From the human T2T-CHM13v2.0 reference genome, Homo sapiens: 64,000 bases of DNA. Every line of letters begins with the position of its first letter. The first letter of the stretch is position 1. This document shows positions 13,020-25,326 of this stretch, piece by piece. Below the pieces are notes generated by a model, which had not been told where the DNA came from, ran no database searches, and saw nothing but the letters and a program-made list of their open reading frames with translations. Made by a program: the position numbers and the translations under genes. The DNA is taken from the NCBI RefSeq assembly GCF_009914755.1, contig NC_060927.1; one strand, given 5' to 3'.

Positions 13020-13410
13020 ATTCGTCAGTTTTTGCTATTTAACAACCCCCAAATCTTACCTTCAGCATTTATTTTTCTTACTCAAATGTATGCAAGTCAG
13101 TTTGGTGGTTCTGCTTTAGGTGTGGGTTGGGTTCAAATCTGCTCTACCTCTGGTCCAGAGACTACTAGGGACAAATTCTTCTCGTGGTGATGACAAGCAA
13201 GAGAACAAGCTCAGCCACACAAGCAAACCTCAGCTATGTCATGCTTGCTAGTATTCCACTGGCCAAAGTAAGTTACCTATCTAAGCCCCAGGTCAGGGGA
13301 CAAGGGAGGTATACCCCTCCTACAGCAAGAAGCACTGCAAAGTCACATGTTAAAGTATGGACGTATACACCTCTAACAGGGAGGGAGTAATATAATCTAA
13401 TCCACCGCAA
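13020..13410 (-). mobile_element. Old MaLR LTR (MLT1-type)
   Basis: 'aacaacccccaaatctta', 'cagcatttatttttcttactca', 'attccactggccaaagtaagttac', 'tgcaaagtcacatg'. Confidence 0.6.
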
Positions 13411-14073
13411 AAACAAAACTGTAAAGGAAGAAAGAACACTGTTGATCAGTTTTCAGAGCACTGGCATATAGTCACAGACCAGATGTGGGAGAAGGCAAGT
13501 GGGGATAGGACTCATTTCCCAGAGTGAAAGACCCTCAGTTGGTGTAATCACAGATCTTGAAAATCTGCAGAGCTATTTGGCAGAGTGAAAATCATAATTT
13601 CAGAAGAAATTCACCACTAAGCATTAATCAAGCTTTAAGCCTTGTGGCAGCCTCTGTAATGCAAATCTCAGGATGTGTCAGAATAATTATGCACTTTTGC
13701 CCTATTGTGCTCCAGTTCCCAAAAGCATTGATTAAGGTAGAAGTAAACAATGCCCTACTAGCAGAAACCGAGTCCATGGAATTAGAGGACAAGTATATTC
13801 CGAATATACTAAGTAACATTTATGAAAATCTTATGCAACCCAATTCTGAGCAATGTATGATTCCCTTTTCTCTTTCATAAAACTAAATGAAAGCTAAAGT
13901 CTAATTCATTGATATGTTTATATATACTCCATAGTTGTCAAGAATTATTGTCTGTTAAAATGCCAGTAGCTTATTGATTGTAATAGATAGCTTATTAGGC
14001 TTAAATGTTATTTTTTATATAAACTTGACCAAACTTTGAAAATGCTCTATTAAACAAAATTAAGAGAGGTCAT

Positions 14074-14503
14074 TGTTTTGGACCGAGCTTCTGCACTAAG
14101 GCCCCAGCAGACCAGACCAGACTGAAATGGGGTCACTAATGCTAAATGCCACATCATCAGACTGAAACTTTAAGAAAGCAAGCAAATGTCCAAACAGACC
14201 AATGTTTCCTGAAAACAAGAGATTCACAGCAATCAAGTCTACCTGAGTCAGCATAAGTTCCCTGTGCTTTAACCCTTCCAAGAAAAGTAACCTGTAGTAA
14301 ACCAGTGTTAACCAACCTGCTTTTTAAAAAATTGTTCTGTTTCCTTGTTCCCACCTTACAAAAACCAACTGTTCTCTCATGCCCCGCAGAATACTATTCT
14401 ATTTTATTAAATAACGTGTTGCCTGATTCTAGAATCACAAACAAAAGCCAATTAGATCTTTAAACTAATTTGGGGGGAGTGGTTGTAATTTTGTCTTTTG
14501 ACA
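14074..14503 (+). mobile_element. ERV1 solo LTR, LTR26-like
   Basis: TG...CA termini; 'tgttttggaccgagcttctgcactaaggccccagcagaccagacc...aaatggggtcact' and end 'gtaattttgtcttttgaca'. Confidence 0.7.
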
Positions 14504-15039
14504 GCTCTTATAAAACTGATTAAATCCATTTTTTTACTTCCAATAAACGATAATCAATACCCTTTTCCATGTAGCCCACCCAAATATCTGTGTCTAATTA
14601 CATGGCCAACTGTTGCAAAACTTTAGATACCTAAAAGGAAAATACTTCATTCTGCCGCCCAAGTTGTATTTTCACTAACCATTATATTCTTGAGATTCTC
14701 CCATTGATAACATGTGGTTTTAGTTAACTCATTTTCAGTGCTATATTGCTTTCCATTGTTCATATATTCCATTTTTAAAATTCAATTTTGTATTAATAAT
14801 GATTTTGAATTATTACCACACTTTGTCACCCCAAAACATTCTTGTTTCTTATTCTGTCATCTATCTGTCATCTATTAGTGTCTCAATGCTAATACTTACT
14901 TCCTAACAGACATGCATCATGGTTGGAGTTTAGCCTTAACTTGTTGTAAAAATGGAGAAAGAGGGACTTGCTGGTGTGATCTGTTGCCCATCCACAACAA
15001 CATCCTATTAATGATAAAGGCCAAAATGATTGTAGTGAG

Positions 15040-15910
15040 AGAAACATTCAAGATGTTCTAGTCTGGGCCAGGCTTTGTGGCTCTTGACTAACTTGCTCAT
15101 GCATCTCTGGTCATTTGGTGGAAGGCTGATTTGTCTAGAATGGTCTTATATTTCTACAGATAGGCTGGCTGTTGGCTGGGTCACTGAGCAGCTGGCCACG
15201 TGTCTCTCATCTTCCAACAGTCTCCAAAGGTAGGGTACCAAGAGAGAACAGAAGCTCTCAAGGCCTTTTGAGTATACATATGGGCTCTGAACTGGCACAA
15301 CATCACTTCCTCCATTCTATTGGCTAGAGTAAAACACACAGATAGCTCATATTCAAGGGCAGTATTCCAGCTATCAATTTCTATGCAAACCACCTCAAAA
15401 CATAGTAGTTCAAAACAACAATCCTTTGTTTTGCTCACAAATCTGCTCTTTGCAGAGCTTGGTACAGAAGTTCATCTCTGCTCTAGTAGATATCAGCTGG
15501 GAAGCTGAACTAGGGCTGAAAGATCTACCTCCAAGATGGCTCCATCATCTGGCTGGCAAATTTCTCTCCTGTGATACTCTCCAGGGGGATAATGGCCGGG
15601 TCCTAAGAGCAAGCATCACAAGAGACAGGAAATAACAGTTAAGTTTCTTAGGGCTTGGCCCAGACACTGGTACAGCGCCACTTATACTACATTCCTTTTG
15701 TCAAGCAGTAAGTACCCAGATTCAAGTAGAGGAAACATAAACCCATCTCTCAATAAAGGAGTGTCAAAGAATCTGGGGACTGTACTTTAAAATTGCCACA
15801 GGCAGTCTCTAGACCTCACTGTTGATGGAAGAGATGATAATGTCACCTTGAAAAGGGCATGAATGCTGGAAGGCGGTTAAAGAACAAAACCCTTTTCGCA
15901 ATCTATCACA
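15040..15910 (-). mobile_element. Outer MLT1 LTR, split by an inner MLT1 insertion
   Basis: MLT1 motifs 'aactggcacaacatcacttcctccattctattggc' before 15362, resuming at 15801 and ending 'gcaatctatcaca'. Confidence 0.6.
15363..15800 (-). mobile_element. Inner MLT1 solo LTR
   Basis: 'aaaccacctcaaaacatagtagttcaaaacaaca...ttgctcacaaatctgc...tccaagatggct', ends 'aaattgccaca'; 5-bp TSD ggcag at 15358-15362 and 15801-15805. Confidence 0.75.
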
Positions 15911-17212
15911 GTGTGAATAGGGAGAGGGAAGGAGTTTCTGATTCAATATTTTTTCTGCTCCTTTTAACTAAACTATTATTTATCTTTTCAGCTTTATGTT
16001 AGCTATAACTTTACCAAAAGGTAAATTTAGAAATACTATTCTTATTATTTAAATGGTTTAGAGGACTTTAAATAGGAAGCTTTTATAAATGTTTCCTTTT
16101 TATTTCAAAATAAATATTAGCACTTTAGCTCCCCTTGAAAGACGTGAAATCATGTTTTATTGATGGGATAACTATTATAAAACAATAGTGCATGTAATCA
16201 TCTTATTCCACTTGACGGGATGAACATAGCCATTTTTCACACAGAAAAGACAGTAAAGTACTCATTTACTGCTGTGTAATCAATTTAAAATTTCTCATTC
16301 ATATGAGCTGCAGACTCATTGATTAGACATGGAAACTACATAAGCTGTGGCAACCCTGAATTTTCCTTTGGCTGTCTTCTCTGTGCCTTATGGAACACAA
16401 TTGAAATGACCTAGAGGCCAGTAAAATGGAATTACTCATCAGCTTTCCCCAGACCCATTCATACCTGCTCAAACATTGCTCCATGGGACACAATCTTTTC
16501 TTTGGGGAGAAAATCTAAGTCACACGCATCTTTTAAATTCCCAAATCCTTGTTTTCCTCTCCTAGGCAGGAATCTGATTTCAGAAGAGGGATTTGACCTT
16601 ATGGAAGTCCAAAAAATAAAATATTGATAGATAGCGACCACATAGTGTGGTTTGGTAAGCTGCATAGTAAGGTTTATACCCTCTAAGAAAATAGCACTCC
16701 TAGGGAGCGTTGAAGTGGTAATTGCTATGATTCATTGAGCATTTGGTTTGGGCGAGTCTCTGCATTATGAGCTTTTCAAATGCTTTCAGTTAGGACTGCA
16801 TTTGGCAAGAAGAAACAAAATCTTACATGTAATAACTCTTAAAAAGTGAGCATAGAGTATGCTTCTATACTTATAGAAGCATAAGTATGAGGCAGCATCA
16901 TGATACAATCAGGAACCTATGCTTCTTTCTGTTGGGATGTTCTTATTTTGTGGTTTTCATCTTCATGTTTGACACCATGGTGTTGCAAGTTGGCTGCTTT
17001 GTCTCTAGATGGAAGCTACTATGACAATCTTCCTATGGGAAGCCTGAGATTCCAGACAACACAAAGGAATCACAGAAAAGAAATGGAAAAACAAAAAATA
17101 GAGACTGGAGACTTTGTTCACCTTGTTTTAGCCAATCCGAAAGATACTCTTAAATTATACATATCCCTGACCTCTTAAGTTACATGAGTCACTACATTCC
17201 CACCGTCCCCAC

Positions 17213-17541
17213 TTTTTTTTTTTTCTTTTAGGTAGGGTCTCACTCTGTTGCTCAGGCTGGTGTGCAGTGGTATAATCATAGCTCATTGCAGCTTTGAACT
17301 CCTGTGCTCAAGTTATCCTCCCACCTCAGCCTCCTGAGTAGCTGAGTAGCTAGGACTATAGGCATGTGCCACCACACTTGGCTTTTTTTTTTTTTTTTTA
17401 ATTTTTGTAAAGTCATGGTCTGCCTATGTTGCCCAGGCTGGTCTTGAACTCCTGGCCTCAATCCTCCCACCTTGGCCTCCCAAAGTTCTGGAATTACAGG
17501 CATGACTCCTGAAACAAGGGAGGCACGAAGTGTGCCCAGCC
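17213..17541 (-). mobile_element. AluJ (Jo-like)
   Basis: J-type motifs 'agggtctcactctg', 'atcatagctcattgcagc', 'ctcaagttatcctcccacctcagcc'; expanded central poly(T). Confidence 0.93.
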
Positions 17542-17739
17542 TCCCTTTCTATTAAATAGATTGGAACTGAGTTTCTTGTCTTATGGAATTGAAAGAGCCT
17601 TAACAGACAAAAACCCCATTTTGCAGATGAGAAAATGTGAGAGTCTCCAGATCTATCTAAAAAGAAAAAAAATTAGTTGCTCTTTCCATTCACGTAGCAC
17701 AAATTCATACAGTGAAAATTTGGAATATGAGGAACTACG

Positions 17740-18147
17740 GGGATGAATTTGTGAAAAACTGCAAAAGTGATATTTCAGGAAGAATATACAGCCTTGAATA
17801 GGTATAACAGCAATAGAGACTGAAATTTATTGAGCTAAAAATTTAGAAAGAGAACACCAGGATAAATCAAAATAAAGGAAGAGGAGGATAAAGAAAAGAG
17901 CAGATAAGTTAATAAAACAAAAACTAAAGATAAAAATAAAGAGGATTACAAAATTATAATGGAAGTTTAAAAATATTTATATGTAAATTTAAATTAAAAT
18001 TAAATCTATCAAAACTTGTACATTGAGGCAAAATTGATATCTGGAAAGAAATTTATAGCTCTAAATGCTTGTATTGGGGGAAAAAAGCTGGAGGTTAATT
18101 TTTTAGACATCCAATTTAAGAATTTAGAGGAAAACAAAATGAACCCA

Positions 18148-18180
<33 letters not shown>

Positions 18181-19790
18181 CGAAGAAGAAGAACATAAAA
18201 TAAGAGCAGATCAGAGAACAGGATCAAAAAGCCAAAGCTGGTTCTTTGAAAAGTCTATTGAGACAGACAAAAGCCTAGTAATCATTAGCCAGGGGTAGAG
18301 GGATGGGAAGAAGAAGGGAGAGAAAAATAAATAATATTAGGAATGAAAAGAAGGGCATATGAACAGATTCCACACAGATGTAAAAAGGAATAAAATAACA
18401 TTATAAACAATTTGTATTACAATGAATTTGACAACAGATAAAATGGACACTTACTAGAAAAATATAACAGTACTGATTCAAGAAGAAATATAACCTAAAT
18501 TGTATGAGAAAATAGAACCAATAATTAAAAATCTGTACACAGGGAAGTCATTTTTCAGTCAGGTTCTATCAAATTTTCAAATAAATGGTTCCAAAATACA
18601 CAAACTCTTCTAGAGACTTACAGATGAAATATTAGTCCCCATCCATTCTAAGAAAGCAAAATAACTTTGTCACCGAAACTAGGAAAGAACATGAAAATGA
18701 CAAGCCAATTTTATTCATAGAATGTGATCCAAGATAGGAAAAAAATCTTAAAATCACAAAACTCAATAAACATAAGCAAAAGCATTGACAAATTATATAT
18801 TAAAATTAATATCCATTCATCATAAAACACTAAAAGTACATAAAGACAAGCACAAAGCAGGAGAAAATATTGCAACATACATATGACAAAGAAATAATAT
18901 TTAGAATACAAAAAGAATTATTCAAAGTGATTAAAAAAACAAAAAATTTAAATGGACAAAAGACAGATACTTCATACAGAAAAGAATTACAAATAGCAAA
19001 TAAACACAAGAAAAAAATGTTCATTACCAATGAAGGAAATACAAATTAAGATCATAAGATATCATTTTAGAGTGGATTGGCAAAAATTAGGAAATCTGAT
19101 AAGTGTCCTAAAGGAGATGAATCATGAAAACTCATGCACTTTTTGACAGAGGGTAAATAGAGAGACTGTGGCAAGCAATTTGGCCCTCTCTTGTAAATTT
19201 GAGAATTCACATATCTGAAGACACAGTTATTCCTTGGTTGGTCATACCCTAGGGAAACTCTTGCACATGTATAACAGGATACAGTAACTAGCATGTTCAT
19301 AACAGTATTGTAGCAAATAAGGGAATAGCTAAAACTGTTTGCAAATAAGAGATTGGATAAATTGCAGAATATTCACACTATTTCTAATGTGACAGCATTA
19401 AAAATTAAATGAACTACAGATATAAATAACTATAGGAATAAATCTTAGAAACATACTGTTAAGAGAAAAAAGCAAGAACTAGAAGACTTAATACAATATA
19501 ATACCTTTATAGGCATATGAAAGCAAGCAATGACATACACAATGTCAGCCCACAAACAAGCTCATATCCATATGTGATAATAGTATCTAAAAAATAAGCA
19601 AAGGGTCTTATAAACAAAATTCAAAATAGTGATTATCTCTGGGGCATGCGGCATGTGGCAGAGTGAGAAAGCATGGAAATATACACAGGCAGATTCAATA
19701 GTGTTGATAGTATTTCTAATTCTTCACTTGGGTTGTGAGTACAGCACATGTGTTTATTATTATGCAATGTAGCTTACATATATATTACAT
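17740..19790 (+). mobile_element. Old L1 (L1M) ORF2 remnants and 3' UTR
   Basis: ORF 18016..18198 contains 'KKFIALNA' (L1 ORF2 GKFIALNA motif); 'aaagctggttctttgaaaag', 'ttaggaatgaaaag', 3' end 'gaaactcttgcacatgt...gcatgttcataacag'. Includes a poly(A) run at ~18154-18180. Confidence 0.8.
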
Positions 19791-19840
19791 ACTTTTTCAA
19801 AATGAGAGATATAAATTATCTGTACCTGCCTATTGAACAA

Positions 19841-20272
19841 TGTGAAAGGAAAATCTTGGAGCCCCAAAATTACTATGCTAAAGGGAAAAGTCAAGATGGG
19901 AACTGCTCAGGGCAAACCTGCCTCCTTCTCTGTTAAAATCATCCCTCTGCTGAGACAGATGCATGTATGATTGCCTCCTTTGTAAAGGCTTACAAGAAAC
20001 TCAAAAGAATGCAACCACTTGTCTCTCACCTACCTGTGACCTGGAAGCTCCCTCCCTCCTTCAAGTTGTCCCTGCCTTTCTAGACCAAACCAATGTACTT
20101 CTTACACATATTGATTGATGTCATAAAAAGTATAAAACCAAGCTGTGCCCCGACCACCTTGGGCACATGTTGTCAGGACTTCCTAAGGCCATGTCACGGG
20201 CGCGTGTCCTCAACTTTGGCAAAATAAACTTTCTAAATTAACTGAAACCATCTCAGAAATTTGGGCTTCACA
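19841..20272 (+). mobile_element. MER4A-like ERV1 solo LTR
   Basis: 'tgtgaaaggaaaatcttggagccccaaaattactatgctaaagggaaaagtcaag' ... 'aaaataaactttctaaattaactga...ttcaca'; flanks acaa/agaa. Confidence 0.85.
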
Positions 20273-20399
20273 AGAAAGTTTCTGCAATAATGCAACATGT
20301 CACTCTTCTAAAATCCACGCCAGCAAAATATCTGCTTCATTTGCTGAACCTCCTCCAATAAACACATCAGAGTGAGGTTGGAAAAGATGCTTAGCAAAC

Positions 20400-20560
20400 G
20401 AATCCAAAGCATCCACCACACCTGCTATCATCACTGTTGTGCAACATGATACTGGAGGTGCTGTTAAGACTGGAAGAGAAAACAAGTAGTCATCATTTGG
20501 AAATTATATGATCAATAACATAGGAAACTCAAGTGAATGAACAAACTATTAGAACAGCTA
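20400..20560 (+). mobile_element. Old L1 ORF2 fragment (probable left part of the element resuming at ~31530)
   Basis: 'gcaacatgatactggaggtgct', 'tcatcatttggaaattatatgatc', 'aaactattagaac' resemble the degraded L1 RT region. Confidence 0.5.
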
Positions 20561-20737
20561 AGTTGAAAGAATTTTACAGCAAGCACTCACATACCCACCA
20601 CCCAGAACCTACCACTAATATTTTACTAGGCTTTATTTATCATATGTCTACCCCTCTGTCTCTCTATATTCATCAATCTTAATTTGCATTTCAAAGTAAA
20701 TTTCAAACTCAGTGTGTATCCCCCTTTCATATGTTAA

Positions 20738-21638
20738 TGTAAACCAAAAATCAAATTCTAAGTCCCTTAGCTAACTGAACAGACACACCCACTTGTCCAA
20801 GGAGTGAAAAACCTGAAAAACTAGTTCAGACCATAATGGGAAGGGAGGTGGGACATGCCTTATTACACTCTCTCCCTTTGGAGTTTAGGCACAATTGACC
20901 AGCATTAACATTAAAATAGAGATCAGATAGTAGGACTGACAAAACAGACTCTGTAGCAATAAGATACCCAACTCCAACCTGACCCTGGTATAACATTACT
21001 TGAAAGATAGTAGGCCCTAAAGGAAATCAAAGTATTTTACCCCAAAATATATTTCTTTGGCATATTTTGAAATGGCCCTGCAAAGCCATCTCTTGTGGAG
21101 GAAATTCACAATTTGTAAAGAATCCCGTTCCTTTTCCAGGCTTTTTCTTGACCCAGAAGAGATTGAACTAAGAGTCTGACAGCTTTTTGGGTCCCATAGG
21201 AGATATTTACCATCTATTCCCTCCGAAGCCTGCTACCTGGAGGCTTCATCTACATAACAAGAACCCTGGCTTCCACAATCCCCCTTATTTTAACTGAAGC
21301 ATTTCTTTCTGCTGCCTTCACTCTTTAAGCAAAGCTTAATTTTTCAACCAATTGCCAATCAGAAAATCTTGGAGTCTACCTATGACCTGCAAGCGCCCCT
21401 GCTTCCAGATGTCCCACCTTTCTAAGCCAAACCAATGAATACCTTACATGTATTGATTTATGTTTTGACCTGTAACTTCTGTCTCTCTAAAATGTATAAA
21501 ACCAAGCTGTAACCCAACTACTTAGGGCACTGTTTGTCAGGACCTCTTGAGGCTGTGTCCTGGGCCACGATCACTCATATTTGGCTTAGAATCAAACTCT
21601 TCATATATTTTACAGAGTTTGACTTTTTAAAATCAACA
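20738..21638 (+). mobile_element. MER4D-like ERV1 solo LTR (~900 bp)
   Basis: 'tgtaaaccaaaaatcaaattctaag' ... 'atattttacagagtttgactttt...tcaaca'; TG...CA termini; flanks ttaa/ttag. Confidence 0.85.
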
Positions 21639-21639
21639 T

Positions 21640-22860
21640 TAGTATGCATATTATTAAATTGAATTGAGTAGTTTTTTGCACGTTTTTCATTTGGGGTAAA
21701 ATGCACATGAATACATGTAATGCATGCAATTAAATGCATAAATCCTAACTGCACGTGCATCAAATTTGACAAATGCATACACATTTGTAAACCAAACTTT
21801 TATCAAGATGTAGAACATGACCCTTCCTCACCAACTCTTGCCCCCCATCACAGTCAACCACTGTTCTGATATTTTCACCATAGAAAAATTTGCCTATTCT
21901 AGAACTTTATGTACACAGAACCAGACAATATATACTTTATTGTATAAGATTTCTTTTACTCAAAATAACATTCTTAGAATTATTCATATTGTTGCCTGTA
22001 TCAGTAGCTCATTCCATTTTATTGTTGAATAGTGATTTGTCGTATGGATATACCATAGTTTGATTATTCTCATATTGATGGGGATACCTGGGCTGTTTCC
22101 AGTTTAGAGTTATTGTGATTAAAATTGAACATTCTTACATGTCTTTTTGTGAAGATATTTAATTTCTCCTGGGTAAATACCTAACAGTAAAACTGTTCTG
22201 TCAGAGGATTAAGTATTTAGTTAAGGGTTTCATTTGATAAGAAACTGTCAGATCTTTTCCAAAATGGTTGTACTATTTTATACCCCCAGCATTTTGTGGT
22301 TGCTCCGCATCACCAACACTTTTTACGGTCAGTTATTTTAATTTTAGCATTTGTTTGTTTGTTTGTTTGAGACAGGGCCTTGCTCTGTCCCCCAGGCTGG
22401 AGTGCAAGCATAATCACAGCTCACTGTGGCCTTGACTTCCCAGACTCAAGTCATTCTCCCACCTCAGCCTCCCAAGTAGCTGCACTACAGGCACAGGCAA
22501 CCATGCCCAGCTAATTTTCTGAAGTTTTTTGGAGAGATGGTCTTTTGCTTTGCTGCCCAGGCTTGTCTCAAACCCCTAGTCTCAAGCAGTACTCCTGCCT
22601 TCACCTCCCAAAGTGCTTGGATTACAAATGTGAGCCACTGTGGCTTGCCTAATTTTAGCCATTCTGATGAATGTGGTTTTAATGGGCATTTATTTGATGA
22701 ATAATTATGTTCAGTACTTTTCCATGTGCTTATTGGCAATTCAGTATCCTTTTTGTGACATGGCTGTCACATGTTTGTGACATCGCTGTTTGCCTTTTAT
22801 CATTAAATTACAGGCATTCTTCATATAGCCTAGATACCACTTCTTTGTCAGGTATTTATC
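21640..22860 (-). mobile_element. Old L1M 3' end (L1MB/MC-like), interrupted by AluJ
   Basis: 'tttgcctattctagaacttt', 'gtatcagtagctcattccattttattgttgaatag', 'ctgggctgtttccagttt', 'ttttccatgtgcttattggc'. Confidence 0.8.
22351..22649 (-). mobile_element. AluJ
   Basis: (TTTG)n tail, 'gagacagggccttgctctg...atcacagctcactg'; TSD-like 'taattttagc' on both sides. Confidence 0.93.
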
Positions 22861-24962
22861 TTGTTACTTGCTATTGGTCTGTCAGGTTTTGGGTTTCTTC
22901 CTGGTTCAATCTTGGTAGGATGTATGTGTCTAGGAATTTGCCCATTTCTTCTAGATTTTCCAGTTTATTGGCATACAATTGCTCACAGTAACTACTAATG
23001 ACCCTTTGAATTTCTGCAGTATCAGTTGTAATGTCTCCTTTTTCGTTTCTGATTTTATTTAATTGGATCTTCTTTCGTTTTTTTCTTAGTCTGGCTAAAG
23101 GTTTGCCAATGTGTTTAAATTTTCAAAAAAACATCTTTTTGTTTTATTGATTTTTTTTTGTAGTGTTGACTTCATTTCAAATTCATTTATTTCTGCTCTG
23201 ATATTTATTATTTCTTTTCTTCTAATTTTTTATTTGGTTGGCTCTTACTTTTTTAGTTCTTTAAAATGCACAGTTATATTGTTTATTTGAAGTTTTTCCT
23301 CTTTTTGATATAGACACTTATAACTATAACATTCCCTCTTAGTTCTGTTTTCCCTGTATTCTATAGGTTTAGGTATGTTGTGTTTCTATTTTCATTTGTT
23401 TCAAAATTTTTTTCAAATTCTTTCTTAATTTCTTCATTGACTCACTGGTCATTCAAGAACATATTGTTTAGTTTCCATGTATTTGTATAGTTTCCAAAAT
23501 TCCTCTTGTTATTGATTACTAATTTTATTCCATTGTGGTCAGAGAAGATGCTTGATATTATTTCAACATTTTTGAATGTGTTAAGACTTGTATTGTGATC
23601 TGACATATGGTCTATCCTTGAGAATGATCCATGTGCTGAGGAAAAGAATGTGTATTCTGTAGCCATTAGATGAAATGTTCTGTAAATATTTATTAGATCC
23701 ATTTGGTCTATAATGCAGACGAAGCCCATTGTTTTTTTGTTTATTTTCTGTCTGGAAGAGCTGTCCAATGCTGAAAGTGGAGTAATGAAGTCTCCAGCTA
23801 TTATTGTATAAGGGTCTACCTCTCTCTCTTTATCTCTAATAATATTTTTATATATATTTCTGGGTGCTCCAGTGTTGGGTGCTTATGTATTCACAATTGT
23901 TATATTTTCTTGCTGAACTGACCCCTTCCTCATTATACAATGACCTTATTTGTCTCTTCTTATAGTTTTGGTCTTGAAATCTATTTTGTCTGATGTAAGT
24001 ACAGCAAATTCGGCTTTTGGTTTCCATTGTCATGGAATATCTTTTTCTATTCCTTTATTTTCAGTCTATGTGTGTTTTTATAGGTGAGGTGTGTTTCTAA
24101 CAGATCAATGGGTCTTATTTTTTCATCCATTCAGCCACTCTATGCCTTTTCATAGAAGAGTTTAGCCCATTTATATTCAATGTTATTATTGATAAGTAAG
24201 GACTTACTCCTGCCATTTTGTTATTTGTTTTCGGTTGTTTTGTGGCCTTCTCTTTCTTCTTCCTTTCTCTCCTGTCTTCTGTTAGTGAAGGTGATTTTCT
24301 CTGGTGATATGATTTTGTTTCTTGCTTTTCATTTTTTGTGTCTCCATTGTTTTTTGGTTTGAAGTTACCATGAGGCTTGCAAATACTATCTTATAACCCA
24401 TTATTTTAACCTGATAACAACTTAATGCCCTTTGCACAAACAAACATACAAGCAAAAAGAAAATGAGTAAAACTCTATGTCTTAATTTCATCACCCTGCT
24501 TCTTAACTTTTTGTTGTTTCTATTTATATTTTATTGTGCTATGTTTTGAAAGGTTGTTGTAGTTAGGTTTTTTTGTGTTTTATTTCATGACTACATGACA
24601 GCAGTGTAGTTATCATGTTTGATTTGTTTATTATTTAGTCTTTCTACTTAAGAGTAGTTTACATACCACAGTTATAGTGTTATCATATTCTGTACTTTTC
24701 TGTGTATTTACCATCACTAGTGAGTTTTGTACCTTCAGATAATTTCTATTGCTCATTAATAACCTTTTCTGTCTGATTGAAGTACTCTCTTTAGCATTTC
24801 TTGTAGGACAGGTCTGATGTTGATGAAATCACTATGCTTTTTTAGGTCTGGGAAACTACTTCTCTTACAGGTTTGAAGGATATTTTCACTGGATATACTA
24901 TTCTAGGGTAAAAGTTCCTTTTTTCCTTCAGCACTTTAAATATGCCATTCTCTCTTGGCCTG

Positions 24963-25326
24963 TGTCTTAGTCTGTTTTCACACTGCTGATAAAGACATAT
25001 CTGAGACTGCTCAATTTACAAAAGAAAGATGTTTAATAAATTCACAGTTATATGTGGCTGGGGAGGCCTCACAATCATGGCAGAAGGTGAAAGGCACACC
25101 TCACATGGCTGCAGATAAGAGAAGAGAACGAGCATCAAGCAAAAGGGGTTTCCCCTTATAAAACCATCAGATCTCTTGAGACTTATTCACTACCATGAGA
25201 ACAGTGTGGAAGAAACTGCCCCCATGATTCAATTATCTCCCACTGGGTCTCTCCCACAACATGTGGGAATTATGGGAGCTACAATTCAAGATGAGATTTG
25301 GGTGGGTATACAGCCAAACCATATCA
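24963..25326 (-). repeat. THE1B 3' LTR
   Basis: 'tgtcttagtctgttttcacactgctgataaagacata' ... 'cagccaaaccatatca'. Confidence 0.93.

Noticed and set aside
13557-13880. 107-aa ORF in apparently unique sequence
   Set aside because: TTG start, no recognisable domain, and a length compatible with chance in 64 kb.
14853-14877. Short tandem duplications (also ~5496-5520, 58053-58072, 61789-61809)
   Set aside because: Ordinary slippage duplications of 8-14 bp with no higher-order array.
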